The notes under the pieces were generated by a model. That model saw only the letters and a program-made list of their open reading frames with translations, did not search any database and was not told the DNA's origin. From assembly GCA_051362555.1 (NCBI GenBank), contig CM120641.1:13578001-13642000 (forward strand): a DNA stretch of 64,000 nucleotides. Reading direction: 5' to 3'. This DNA comes from Lingula anatina. Taxonomy: Eukaryota > Animalia > Brachiopoda. This document shows, in pieces, positions 1-13,520 of the stretch; position 1 is the first letter of the stretch, and each line of letters starts with the position of its first letter. The position numbers and the translations under genes were made by a program.

Positions 1-1435
1 GATTGTTGTCAGTCAGTTCGGATATGATACACATGTCTACCGCCCAAACGATTTGTCTTTTATGAGAACAAAGAGGAATGAAATACATTTGTAGTTACAA
101 ATACCTTTAAAGCGTGAATGCTTTTTTTTCGATAAGAGTTTGAAATGGGTCAATAATTACATGGACAATGAGCGTGTTACGTTTTAGACAGTAGGTGTAT
201 GGAATCCAGTGAAAGTGATGTAAGCAACACTGTAGCTCTTATCAATATATCATTTCATACGTTTGGGATAGTTGAGTTCACTGGTTGCTTCTCACACTGC
301 TTTTATTCTAGTTGCATATTAAGTCTTAGAGCATATTGACAACAACGCTATTAGAATCGAAAAAATGACAAAAGCATTGAACAACTTTTATTTGAAAATG
401 GAGTAGAATTGGACGTGACAGTCGTCTACTTAAATCTAAAGAACATTATCCGTTATATAACAGATAGGGTTGATTAGCTAATTATCAACCAATAGTTAAT
501 ACTTGTAAATTTGTGCTGACTAGTATTGTTTGCCATCTACGTATTAATATGTATTTCAAAAAGATCATATGACTAAATTATAATGAAAAAAATTCAAGAT
601 TTCCAATTTAGTTGGTTTGAAATTACTTCTTCTCTTTCCTTTTTCTGATGGAAAGTACGTACTTAACATCTCTAATTGTGATCAGTTTATTATCATATTT
701 ATCAGAAAATATTTTAAACACTGAGATGATACTTACGGTTGTATTTTGTTTTGCAAATGTGTTGCTCTTGACATTTTTAATGGGCCATTTGTACTGATTC
801 AATAAAGAGAATATTTTTGTTGGGTTATTTTCCTCCCATACATGTCTAGAACATGAAAGCATGTTTCTGTACTAGGTCTACATGTTTAAAACATACTAAC
901 AAACAAGCCACGCTGATCATGATGCATAACGTTTTATGACCTTACCGTAATCAATATCTAATAAAAACCATGGTCTACATATAGAAGTCAGAAAACTTAA
1001 AACTATCACATAAAGAATGACCAAAAAGAATTCACACAACTCGGCATCATCATTAAACCTTAATACATGTACAATCAGCCTGTTTAATTTCGATCTACCA
1101 AGATAAATCAGTTCTTTCTTTAAATAACAACAGAAAGTAATCACAAAAAAAGCTAAATGGTGAATAATTGCTCAAATTTTAATGGCACATCTAAACATAA
1201 AATCTTTGTCGTAAACAACTACAAATGTGTACTTTACACTCTGAATTACTCTGGTTTCCTCATATAGATTAAATGGTGAAAACAAACAAAGTTCATCCGG
1301 CTCATGTTCTACGCTTTTAACCCAGTTCCCCGAATATGTTCTTTTCTATCCAGCAGCGTCTGTCGTCCAATGAGAGTATAAAAATAAAGCAATTTAGTTC
1401 AGATCCGCAATTAATTTCCGGCGGTTGCTTTTTTT

Positions 1436-3932
1436 TCACAGCTGACTTATCAGGTGCTTCGATCGCAACTCTTGTCGCGTCACTACTCCGTCACCTGAAA
1501 GTAGAGATAGACCCAAATGACATTTAATGAAAAGAAATGTCTACCATGTCAGATGATTCTTACTCCCATGATACATGAAAATTTCAGTAACATTTGGGGG
1601 GGGGGGGGTCGCTTATATTCAATTACAGTGTAATTTTCTTTTAACTAACCCACACGCCAAAATGATGACGCGTGTTACGCGCCAAGTTTTCACCCTGCAA
1701 AGCAGACGGAAGAAAACACGCATAGGTAGACTTGTTATGTTAGTAGCTTGTTGATCACCGAGATCCCTGTGTTCATTTATGCCCTTAATTTTTTATAAAA
1801 AAGGTGGTAATGAATCGTTTATGATTAAATATTTTACTTCTTACTTATTTACCTCTATAGCCATTTACCATTTATTCACTTTCGGCGACTACTTACGGTT
1901 TGTGTCTACTATTCTATCTACAAAAACATCTGCGATCTGTGAAGATTCGTTGAGTAAATCTGCTAATTCTTCGTTGGTCATTAAGGGGCTGAAATAAATA
2001 CCATCAATTTATCAAAAGCATAATAGTATATATGGATTTACTCATGGTTTTAAAGATCACGACAAGCAAAAGTGCATGGTAACGTTTATGTACTCATACG
2101 TGCACAACATACAATCAACCAATACAGAGCAGCACTATTTGCCGTTACGTGTTACAAATATGTAACGTGTTACATATATTTACACAGATATTTCAATAGT
2201 GCAGCTTGGGCGTTTTATTCAAACATACAAAGAAATTAAAATGAAATGAATGCATGGCAGATGGTAAAATCAATGGGGTCTGTAAAAAAAGTCGGGTCAG
2301 CATTGCCTTTACTACCCTCTTATATCAGGGGCCTCTAAAATAGTATACAAAATTAAAATGTATAGGTGTGATACAACACTTTTCTAACAGACTACTAGCG
2401 CACATTGTGGCCAGAGAGTGGGCTTTAATACCAGTATGCTTTCGCTGCACTCCTAACACAATGTGTCCTGATTTCAATGCCATGTAAATTGATATCCCAC
2501 ATGAGATGTGAGGGCTGAGACGGGCAGTGTGTCGTGACCACTCCCATCTCATCCAAAACACGTACATGTATAGGAGCAAGCACAGACTTCAAGATTTCTG
2601 GGTGCTCATTCAAACACAACTGATTAAAACAAATAGGAATTCGAGACCATACACTCAGCCTTATGATGATAACGGTGACAGTAGTGAGTTAATAGATACC
2701 TTCCAAATAAATTTTAAAAATATTATTTGGAAAATATGCATGGATACATCATTCGTTTTGTATGGACGAGTGAGGTGCATGTGCAAATGGCCTATAAGTG
2801 AATGACTAAAATGGTATAAATACAACCGGTTTCATGAATTATTTCGTGCAAACTACCCCCTAAGTTTTGGGTATTGCAGGTCATCGCGCTTCTTCCGTAA
2901 GTAATACATGGCAACCATATATATATGGTTCATATATATATGAATGATTAAATACGGTTATCAAATTAGTATTCCATAATACGCCTTAATAAAACAGCTG
3001 TAAAATCTAGTAGAGCAGATGGAAGAGTAGGCAGCTCACTCACGTCGTAGCATATGGGGCAAATTGATCGTAATTCCAATTTCCTTAGATCCACTTGATC
3101 GTATTCAACATGATCGTTTATGATGTATTTACTCTTCGAAAGCGATAGTGCATAAAGTATCCATCTTTATATCGAAAGTAGAAAATAGGCCCTAAATAAG
3201 ATGAAAACAAAACGTTTTTCAACATTGTACTTTGTATAGGCCTTTTGTTTGGGCAGTTTACAACTTACAACAGCTGAATTAAAATAAGGTTTTTTACATC
3301 GCACTAATAAAAGCTGCATTAGGTATCTTTTTTTGGATGAAGTTGATTGACTCGTAAGTTAACTGTCGTTGTACAAATACCGAAGTATAGTCTAGTTAAA
3401 AAAGACAGACTGCAAGGTTTTGACGCAGAGTATTTAACATTAAAATTAATTTCCAGGGCCCAAATATTTTCAAACTATCACTCCGTCGAGTTCCATGTTT
3501 TAAAAATACCCATTTCCACTTTGCTTATACCAAAATTAAAATATCGTTATTATGTCCAAGCCTATACAGAATGAGCTGTTACATACATTACTTGCGGTTT
3601 GCGTATGAATGTGATTTAGATACTTAAAAGGATGTAACTGACATAACCACAGGCTATCCAAAATGAACATTCAATACAATCTGCTGAAATGTCCCTTTTG
3701 TGTACATCTGTTAATCTTACCTTTCGCTCTCTCTTGTGTTTAACAGTCTATTCCGCATCGTTTCTAACCACGCTTTCCTTTTACCGAAATTATGTCCGTA
3801 ACCTGGATCGTGACTTCTGAATCCAGCTCTTGCGTCTCTCTGTAGTGCCGCAGGAAAGGCGTCCAGAAGAGAAACCAGCCCAACAAAGACAAGGAACGTT
3901 AGGATACCCTTGTGCATTGCAATCGTGAACAT
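1436..3932 (-). CDS. AT: Allatotropin (orexin/allatotropin family) neuropeptide precursor, 3 coding exons, ~120 aa
   Basis: Exons 3932-3721, 1988-1897 and 1494-1436 join in frame through GT-AG introns (363 nt). Product: signal peptide MFTIAMHKGILTFLVFVGLVSLLDA, RDAR cleavage site, AGFRSHDPGYGHNF-G-KR (amidation plus dibasic site), then ...SPLMTNEELADLLNESSQIADVFVDRIVDTNRDGVVTRQELRSKHLISQL*. The GFR...H-x-F-amide peptide and the C-terminal 'EL..LL....A...V...VD.N.DG.V...EL' domain are hallmarks of allatotropin precursors. The second Met (3917) is an alternative start. Confidence 0.88.
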
Positions 3933-6105
3933 CGAAGGAGCGCTTTCTGTGTTCGCTCACCTATTAAGACGAAAAAATAATACAATGAAAAGAATTCGTG
4001 CAAACTACAACAGATCGGCTTATCGCCTGATTAATTAGAGACAAAACGTGTTGATTTGGTCTTTTCACCTTCGTCAACACCTGTCGTCAATGTGTCACGT
4101 TGGCAGGAAGGAATATTGTGCGGCTTCTAAACTGCTCTGTTCTCGGTTCAGCACTTGCTTTAGACGGGAAACTTACATCCTTTTTATTGTCGCTATGATT
4201 ATTTAAAACCACAGGCATTAGACGATTTGACGACGGTCGCTTTTTAGTGGAATATGATTCCACTTCCACTAGATTACATCCAATTTATAGTTAGTGAAAC
4301 GAACGTAACATATAAAACTTCCGCCGAATTCCCCTGCCCCCGCAGCAATGGGCATATAATGAACATTGTGTAATCTGAACAAATGCAAATTGTTTTAGGA
4401 TATCTCTCTTAAATCAAAATGCAACTCTTTTTCCATGCAGTATCAACGACGTTTTAATGAATTATTGATATGAGCTGCATTATGCATATTTGAACAACGA
4501 ACAAAACTGGCATAAAAGACAAAAAATCTATTTGTCGCGAAATCTGATCCTTAAACATTTTGTGTTACTTTTCAGTTTTTATCTGAACAATAAATATAGT
4601 TTGTTTCGTCCACTTATCTACCGTTGGTTAACTTTATTATCCAGCCTATTGAGCTCAATAGAAAATGGATCTTTGAAATGAGGTAAAGATTAAGACTGCC
4701 CATACAACCTTTTAAAAATTAGAAAATTTCCTGAATGCAATGCAAATTAAGAAAGCGTATTTTCCAACGCGACAAAAATGCGAGGGATTGAGGATTGGCA
4801 ATGGTATTAAGAAAAGCCATTTGTCTTAACTCGCCATTGCGAAGGTCACAAATTGACGCACGGGCTTTGTCTTCTCACACATTATGAAATAAGAAAACAC
4901 TTTTCGCTGCACGGAACATTTTCATAATTTAACAGTGATATAAAGATTATAAAGCGATGTATTTTGTAGATTTAAAATTGCAAGCCGAAAAACAAATTAT
5001 CTGAAAGAGACATCTTGCATTACCAATAGCTTATAAATCCCGTTTATGCTTCTAGATGAACACTTGTTACCATTTAGCATCGAATGTACGTTGATGAAAT
5101 GATGTGGAATAGATGTATGGATACAAAGGTTAATTGGGCTTTGTTCTTTTCTGAAACAGCTGTTAAAGGAATAGTAAAATGTCCGACAATTTGTAAGTTT
5201 GTTTGTTTGAAGGTTTGTATGCAAATATGCTAAAAATGTAGATGTATGTATTCCCACAAGGTACTTTTGGTAATTTTGGGACAAGACAGATACAACAATC
5301 TTAAGTAATATCATTTGAACTGTTGGTAATTTTTTTAAACCTTTAATGGATCGTACTCGGTAACTTTGTTATCCACAACGGCAAAGCACTGTTTAGAGCA
5401 CTGTTCCTACTTTGATAGCAAACTTGTAGCGACAAAGAGATTTAACTTCTACACAAAGGAAGATGAGTGCGTAAACATTAAAATTGATTAGCTGTATCGG
5501 TAAATCATTTCTGGAGCACTTGAACTAGATATGTGATGAGAAAATCACGCAATAATTGACCTACGAGATAACGTACAGAGGCTCCTTGTGACAAGATGTA
5601 TGATAGATCGGATATACAAAAATGGAATTATAAACGCTAACACATGCCTTTTTTTTCATAGATTTAAGATTCGAGTTAAGTCTTCAAGGAATTGGGATAG
5701 AAGAACCGATTTTAAAAGGTTGTCGACAGCATAATTTCAACTTGGTTACGTTTTTACAGTGCTTTGCCAAGCAAGGTTTTGTTATCAGCACATGCACGCA
5801 GTGTTTAAATGAATGACACGATTCCTCCGATTCCTACACATACGCATTGTAAATCTGATCAACAGAGCAAAAGATACGGTACTTAATGGAAGTGTGCCCA
5901 GCAGAGATGGTTTTATCTCTTTCTCGGACGTTCTACTATCGGAGATATCACGTTTGCCGGAAGTAATTTCATACCGGTTAATGTGACGCGCTATTAAATG
6001 AATTATTGGAGCTATTCCCTGTTCGTCTTCATTTATCACTGATAAACTGATCGTATCAGCAGGGTCACACGCTTACTCACAAGAATGATCAACATTACTT
6101 ACTGC

Positions 6106-6108
<3 letters not shown>

Positions 6109-6149
<41 letters not shown>
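6109..6149. repeat. (CA)n microsatellite
   Basis: About 20 uninterrupted AC units. Confidence 0.95.
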
Positions 6150-6150
<1 letters not shown>

Positions 6151-6534
6151 TTGCTGGTACCCGTAGAGTATTAAAAACCAGTGTTTCGTTAAGGGGGGGC
6201 TAAATGACGGGGTTAGTGGTCATGAATATACCCTCAGTTTAATTGAAAAATACTTTCTTCTATACATACATATCTTTGTGACTGGAAGATTATGCATTCA
6301 GAAAGACTCTCCTTTCTGTTTAAATAGTCCACATATTAAACCATTATAAGGGAAGATATAGTAATTAAGTGACTCTGATACATAGTTTTTGAAAAACAAA
6401 ATTGGAAATACATAGAGCACATAAATGTAATTGCAGTGATATAACTGAACGTTTAAATTGTTTTCCCTTTGCCTTAATATTGGACTGACAAAGTCTCGAG
6501 GTTCCTGCTTCACTTGCAAGAGGCTACGTATTAT

Positions 6535-6684
6535 CAGGGGCGGATCCAGAGATATTTTCTGACAGTCTTCCAAATTATCTTTGTTGATCCCTCTTCCATT
6601 TTTGAAATTAGATACCCATCAAGGTAAACTTGAAAATCTGACCGTCCTCCGGAAGACCCAAAAGACAGCCTCGATCCGCTCCTG
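6535..6684. mobile_element. Degenerate MITE (non-autonomous DNA transposon)
   Basis: Imperfect terminal inverted repeats CAGGGGCGGATC ... GATCCGCTCCTG about 150 bp apart, no coding capacity. Confidence 0.55.
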
Positions 6685-9600
6685 ATAATTGCTTTCAAGC
6701 ACAAAGTAATCCAGGTCTTTTTCCCAATTGCATTACACTTCTACATTACACTTGCTCATAGGTGAAATAGGTAAATGAAACGTAAACTTGCCGTTCACTT
6801 ATAACACTGCAGTTTCATCTTAGTGTTTTGTTAGCCTGCACATGGCGTAAATTAGTCAGTGGCACTTGTAAAACAATCTGGTATTTGCGTGCCTTGATAG
6901 GATTTTCACGCAAAATGTGCAACAGTGATTCAATAAACACGACAAAAGTTGTTTCCTTGGCTGCACAGTGCACACCTTACTTGAAGAGTAAGCGTATGAA
7001 TAACCGGCGCGTTAGAAGTTATTCAGAAAAAAAGTGTCGCTATCTTCAGTGGCCAAATATTTATTTAAAAAAAAGGAAAAGAAATGGTTAGTATGTAGAG
7101 CGCGCACAAGTATTTTGAGCAAACCACGATGTGCTTTATATAACACGTTATCATTCATTTATTTTTTTTGGATCCAGATCTCTATAAGCCTGTACTTTTA
7201 ATCATATCCTCCAAGGACATATATCCTTATAAATATCAATAAATGTGGTGTTCATTCAAACACGAGGTAGAACCGAATAGATGGTAACTCCGCTCATTTG
7301 AGATAAAGCAAGTTCAATGCACTTACTACTCTAAGTTTATTGTTTTTATGACCTTCAGTTCGTGACAATTAGTCAAAATAGGGTATGACTGGTATGTTTG
7401 CCTCTTTTTGCTGGTTTCAATTTCCGATTAAATAATATGCCATCCCGTTTGACCGTTTTGATATGTCTTTTCAAAGATCATAAAGGCTAAGATGTAGGTT
7501 TCACAATATCTCTCTAACTACTGATAATCTGCGATCGACACACTTAAACATTGTTGTAACGCCCCCAAAGGACAGTCGTCGACTTAAATCGATTTATATA
7601 AAATTAGAACAAGTTTACACAGATTCACTATCTATGTATCATTTTATACGTGCGGCTTACATCCGATTTCCTATTATGATACAAAATACATATCTTATTT
7701 GCTATTCACACGGATTTCGCTGAACAGTCAACGACTCTCCACAAATTCACTTCAACGGTTTTCTTTCATGTGGTATTATTGGGAAACTGAATGTTAAGCC
7801 TCGAGTACTGTGTGCATTTAATGAAACGAAACAAAAAAGTATCACTACCTGTAAATCCAATCGATGCTGTGCCATTTCAATATAAGAAGGCAAACAGCTT
7901 TGTTCCTGACAACGAACCAAACCAACCGTGGAAGACAAATTACCTTTTATATTTAGACAGATGGATATAATACCAGTTAATCAAATCACTTACATGATTT
8001 AGATTTCTGTCGGCAAGTGTCGCTACAGAACAGTAATTGGCAATTGATTTCACCTGGGCGATATGGATCAGTGAATTGGAATAAATACTGATAGAATTTT
8101 TGCTCCTTTTGAGTTGATGAAGCGGACGGAGGATCAATAGATTTTTGAAAAAATCATGTTTGAAAATTGGTTTTGGGTTTTCTCCAACATTTCTATCTGT
8201 GGACATCATGGATATGTGCATAACAACATCACAGCTAAAACATCTTTCAAATTAAGAACGTGTGTAAGATATTTTCCTGCGATGCCATTTATCAGAAGGC
8301 ATGTATCAGTAGGTAGAGGCTATATCGCAAAACTAATGCATGCAAATAATAACTCATTAGTCAGTTCCACAACTGAAAATTTGATAACTGTTTTGATTTC
8401 TCTGGAGAAACTTCGTAGTTCTTTTCTGGTTCACGAAACAGGTCAAAACCCAAATAACAACTATGTTTATGACGGCATTTAAAGTTTGTTTTTTTTACAT
8501 CACAGTTAAAACATCTTTCGGAGCGCCCAAGTGAGTCTATAGGTTGCAGATTAAAAAAATCTTAGTCTTCTGTGTTCATAAGAATACATTGTCCAAAGTA
8601 AACCCAATTAAAACAGTAACTCCAGAACTGCATCTTTTTGGATCCAAGATTATATAACTAACTGACATTTAACATGTCCTCTTTATGTTTACTAGGCCAA
8701 TTCAGAGATCGTCCCAACGACACGACTGAATGTACTACGCTATCTGGTGGAAAATCAGCTTTTATTTTTCAAAATAATAATAAAAGATTAAACCACCTGT
8801 AACCTGTAAGCTAGTTTTCACAACACAGCATCTGCAAACTATGCAATCCACCAAGTATATGGATATCGTTTTAAATATCAACAAAGGTAAGAACCAAAGG
8901 CTGAATATTCACTAGAAACAGATAACAGAGGAAGACTAAAAGGCATTTTAAGGAGACAGAATTGGCATTCTAGTAGGAGTGCATTCTATATACCCATGGT
9001 ACCAATATGGAAACATGTAACTCTATATGAAAACTAAAAAGGGATAGCTGTCTGTCCACACAAAGAATTTATCAAGCATTAAACCAGTTTAGGGCACGAC
9101 TTTGTTAGTGAGGTTTTATAGCTTTCAGAAATCATAAGGCTTATCTGTATCTTATTTTTGCTTATGTTTTGTTGACATGTAAGTAAATGGGCAAGTAAAC
9201 TCTTTATCATATAACAGTAGGGATCTTTGCTTTCAGTCTTTATGCTTTAATGGTGTAAGTACAAGAGAATGTTTTTAAAAAGCCAAGGCATTGACTCTGA
9301 AGAAAACAACAATCATTCCATGGTCAGAGTTCAAGAAAAAATTTGTATTGTTGGCAACGGAGGACGCTAAAACCATGCAAATGCGAGCGTTGCCTCTACA
9401 AAACTGTATCGGAAACAGAATTTAAATAACCATTCATTGCTACCGGAAGATCTACGCGAATGACCATTACCAGTGAATGTGATCTACGTAGTAGAAATAG
9501 ATCTAAAGAACAGATTCTGTATTGCTCTTGAGAATCAATGAGCGTAACAAATGTTTACCTTATTGGGTCTTCAAGTAAGTTTTTGGGCTTAACAAAACAT

Positions 9601-12056
9601 AAAAAGGTAAATCCTCCATACTTAAGCAATATAATGCACGTTATGCACAACATAAAAGATCTAAATCAACTGTTCTAATAGCACGTGGTGCATTTAACGC
9701 AAAACATAATAACATAGATTGCTGCAAAAGTGACACATTGGCCCGAGCTCGCTATGCTGATGGGTAACTCGAGACCGAATGATGGTTTCACTTCCTCTCA
9801 ATAGGCAAGTAGAACCGTGTAAGGAAGCTTGTAAAGAGTTAAATTCCCAATGGAAACTCAATGAAAACCATGGGGCCTGGGATTGAGTTGCACAATGGAA
9901 TGCCAATAAGCCCTGTTGCATCACAAGTTGATATTGTCTTCGCAGAAGATAATGACTTTACGTTAATGATGCAAAGTTGCTGACGGCGCCTGTCTTCGAC
10001 TATTTCTGTTTATTCAGATGGCAAAGCTGCCGTGCGTTGATAAATAATTCAGCGTACATTAGTAATACACGTGCTGTCATTACACGAGGATGGATGAAAG
10101 GATGACTTCTTAAGCTAATTTAAGAGCAGACTTGAAGGGCAAATGTACGCAATCATATGCATATGCAATATTTTGCCGTATTAGTACATACCAGATACAC
10201 CCACGATTTTAGTCATTGTTTTAGTCAGAGTGAAATCCTGGTTTTCGTTTCAAGATCTCTTAATAGGCAGTAACGGGTTGAAACCAAATTTTTGAAAATA
10301 GGTGAAAACCCTCATATGGAATTGTGAGACATTGATTTATAGTGACCCAATCTATCTGCTTTGCCAGGAAACTCGAACAAAACGAGAAGAAGAGTATTAA
10401 GATTTTCTCAAATATACATTAACCTTGTTGCATGTCTTTAATATTCCTTATGCGACTCGAGTAAATAAGTGACATAATTTCTGTACAGCACGTTTAGTTC
10501 AAGCGGACTGAAGAAACGTGTCCATAAATTACATTATGAATAAAAAACTGATAATATCTAAATACATCAACAGTTATGCATTTTTCTCCAATGTGCTCGA
10601 TAAGATCATATTATGAGATAGTTAACAACAATACTACTGAAAAAATTTGTTAAAAGACGAGTAAGATCACCGTAAATGATCCGTGGATTTTGCACTTTAA
10701 TCAATGCCTTTTAAATTGGATTGTATCTGCCCAAATTTACTTTCAGGTGTCCAAATATTAATGTTAACAGAACTTAAATTAAAAGCTATCGATTTCCTAC
10801 TATAATGTGTGGTCTCTGTGTATTTTACACATACAACGTGATTTTTTGTGTTGTTTTCCAATATATCATTTCACACGACATCGTATCATATAGGATAGAC
10901 ACTTCCTACATCAATCACATTTTATCCCACCCCCCTCCTTAAAAAAAGGAAAAAAAAAAAAAGAAAGGAAGAAAAAACGCCCACCATAAGAGCAACAGTC
11001 CGCTTCTTAACGAAAAGAGAACATGTTTACTTCGGCTTGAACGGGTTTCTTGACGTCTGATTTTAACGAGTTATATATTTGTATAATATTCCCCAACCGG
11101 TGGTACTTCACACCCACCTTGCATACGTCAAGATAAATCATATCTAAATACATTAAACGGCTATACCCTCCAGTAATATACCCATTTCATTTGACATGAT
11201 ATGAACCAAGCCTTCACGGATGGGGTTTGAGCTGATTTATTATCATTTTTTAAAATTTTTTTCGGGAAAGATTATTTTACGCCCCCTCTAAAACGTGCTG
11301 AGGCGCTAATGACTAACTGGACTTTTTCCTAGAAGTCCAGAGCATTTTATTTCACGTTCAAGACGATTTAATTTCCCCAAGCCAACATGGAGTGCGATAG
11401 CGGGTCCCACGGTGACTGGTGTAATTGATTCACTGATCTTTGAAGAGGCTTCTCTCAGGAAAAAATATGGGGCTCAAAGGCAATAGTTATGAATTGTCGT
11501 GCCTGGCATTTTTGGTCATTTTTCTCATTGAGCTCTTATTATCTCCGCTATCCCTTTTTCCTAGTTTTACATTTTTGATATTTAGATCACTACAGAAACG
11601 GGAACTTATCATTAACATTCATTAAAATAAAGCTTTTCAATCATACGAAGCAAAAACATAATATTTTCAAGTTCTTCTGTAAAACGCAAGTTTTTGAAAC
11701 AAAACGTTGGTTTCAGTATATCTCATAATATTTTAGGGTACATCACTCGTTTCAATAGCTTATAAAGAATAGAACATGAAAGAAAATAGCATATAATAGA
11801 AACCTGTGCATTCTGAGCCTTCGAAGGAAACTGACATTGAGGCATGCGCACTCATGCTTACTCTAGTTCTGATCACGTTTACAACACTGTACAACAGTGG
11901 ATATGGGACATCCATCTGAGAAGACTCTTGCCCAAAAGGTGAGGAGAGCAGCGAGCGATTTTACCCATTTTGCCCATAGGATTTTTCAATCAATCAACGA
12001 AGGTTTTTCAAGAGAATTATTAACACAGGTATCCTGGTCCGAAATGTGAGCAATTC

Positions 12057-12224
12057 CAGGCCCGTAGCCAGGGGGGGTTCGGGGGGTTCGAAAGAACCGC
12101 CCCTTTTGCTGGGAAAAGGTCCACTCTGGGTAAAATTTGATCTAGGTACATGATGTTTTTATGGAAAAAGGTCCACTTTTTCAGAAAACGAACCCCCCTT
12201 TTGAAATTGCTGGCTACGGGCCTG
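12057..12224. mobile_element. MITE, 168 bp, with 15-bp TIRs and a 5-bp target-site duplication
   Basis: Perfect TIRs CAGGCCCGTAGCCAG / CTGGCTACGGGCCTG, flanked on both sides by AATTC (12052-12056 and 12225-12229). Internal direct repeat GGAAAAGGTCCACT. Confidence 0.85.
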
Positions 12225-13164
12225 AATTCTCTGTCATGAAACCCACGGTAGCATGTTAATCTAAATTTTAAATTTTCTTGTTCACTCAAAGTATTAATTC
12301 TTATCACTAACGAAATTTGAATTAAAAAACAATGTGAAAGGGTCTGAATTTTTTTCAATTGAAGGTTATTTGTTTCAAGGTTTGTTTCAAGGTTTTCAAG
12401 GTTTAACTTTTTACTTTTCTCGACTTAAAACGGGTAATCTTACTGTCTCAATTTCTTTGTGCGTTTAGGTTGCGTGTATCTTTGTAGATCAACAAAGCAA
12501 AAAACTACTATCACGCCACTGCGTTAAAGATAAAAGAAATGAATAACAATATGACTGCGTTCATTTCAAGTTAAACGATTAACGATAAATTTAGAAAGAT
12601 GATAACTACAGTGTATGATAAGAAATGTGATTTGTTTGTTTTGGGGAAATTTTGATTTACAAATGTATTTCTAAAATGAATTCTAAAGCTATGGCTACGA
12701 AATTCATCAAAACTCAGTGAATTGTCTTTCTTTTCATGTCTTTGTCTTAACAAGCTTCTCAACTTTTGTCTTCTCATTTTCATTGAGATACTTGATGCTA
12801 TGCCAGCAGGAAAATAAGGGAAAACGCCAAATTGATTTCAAAGGTCCGGATATTGTCAATTAGAACTTTTTCTCTTTTGCATACATGATATGGACAAACT
12901 CGAACAGTAAAAGAACGGTGTATCTTAATGTCACAGAACGTTGCTGTTTTATTCCCGTTAGATGAATTTCCTACTTCATGGTTGATTTCCTAATCAATGA
13001 ACTTGAATGAACCGTAAATATTCCCTATCTACGTTGTTCCCCTCCTGCATCTGAATGCAAAAAAAAAAAAAAAAAAAAACTGACTGCCAAACAACCAGAG
13101 CAAAACCAACAAAATTAAAAATAAGATAATTTTCGTGGAAAAATGGGAAAAAGTTATAGTCTAC

Positions 13165-13520
13165 CTGAGTAAAGTTGAAGTGTTTCTTCTTTGTAAGTCT
13201 TCAAAATGATGGATGGACGCGTATGTTGCCGTTATAGATAGTCTTTTCTCTGTTTCGTTGAAAATTATCCACACGTAGCTCGACTCCTTCCCTGCTATAG
13301 TGGGTGAAAACATCAGTTAAACTAACAATCCCTTCTGCGCCATGCTTCCAATTGTCCAACTGTATGACAGGAATATCATTTCTTTTGAAGTCCACGTCTC
13401 CCTATATATACGAAGCCCTTCTCGCTAGTTATCTTGTTTTCTCGTTTGTGGGCACTTTGTGGCACAACGTCAGTATCTTAGCACGCACTCGGGCATCACG
13501 TGCGAAATAAAATGACGTAT
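13165..13520 (-). promoter_or_regulatory. Candidate promoter and non-coding first exon of the allatotropin gene
   Basis: On the minus strand: TATATATA at 13410-13403, CRE half-sites (CGTCA ~13468, TGACGT 13513), E-box CACGTG (13497), and a donor CAG|GTAG at 13165. The coding exon has a good acceptor at 3961 and so needs an upstream exon. Linking the two is inference. Confidence 0.4.

Noticed and set aside
3775-3830. Sulfakinin/CCK assignment from YGHxF-amide
   Set aside because: The single peptide directly after the signal region, the GFR start and the conserved C-terminal DxNxDG domain all indicate allatotropin. The DY...RF-amide or W motif is missing.
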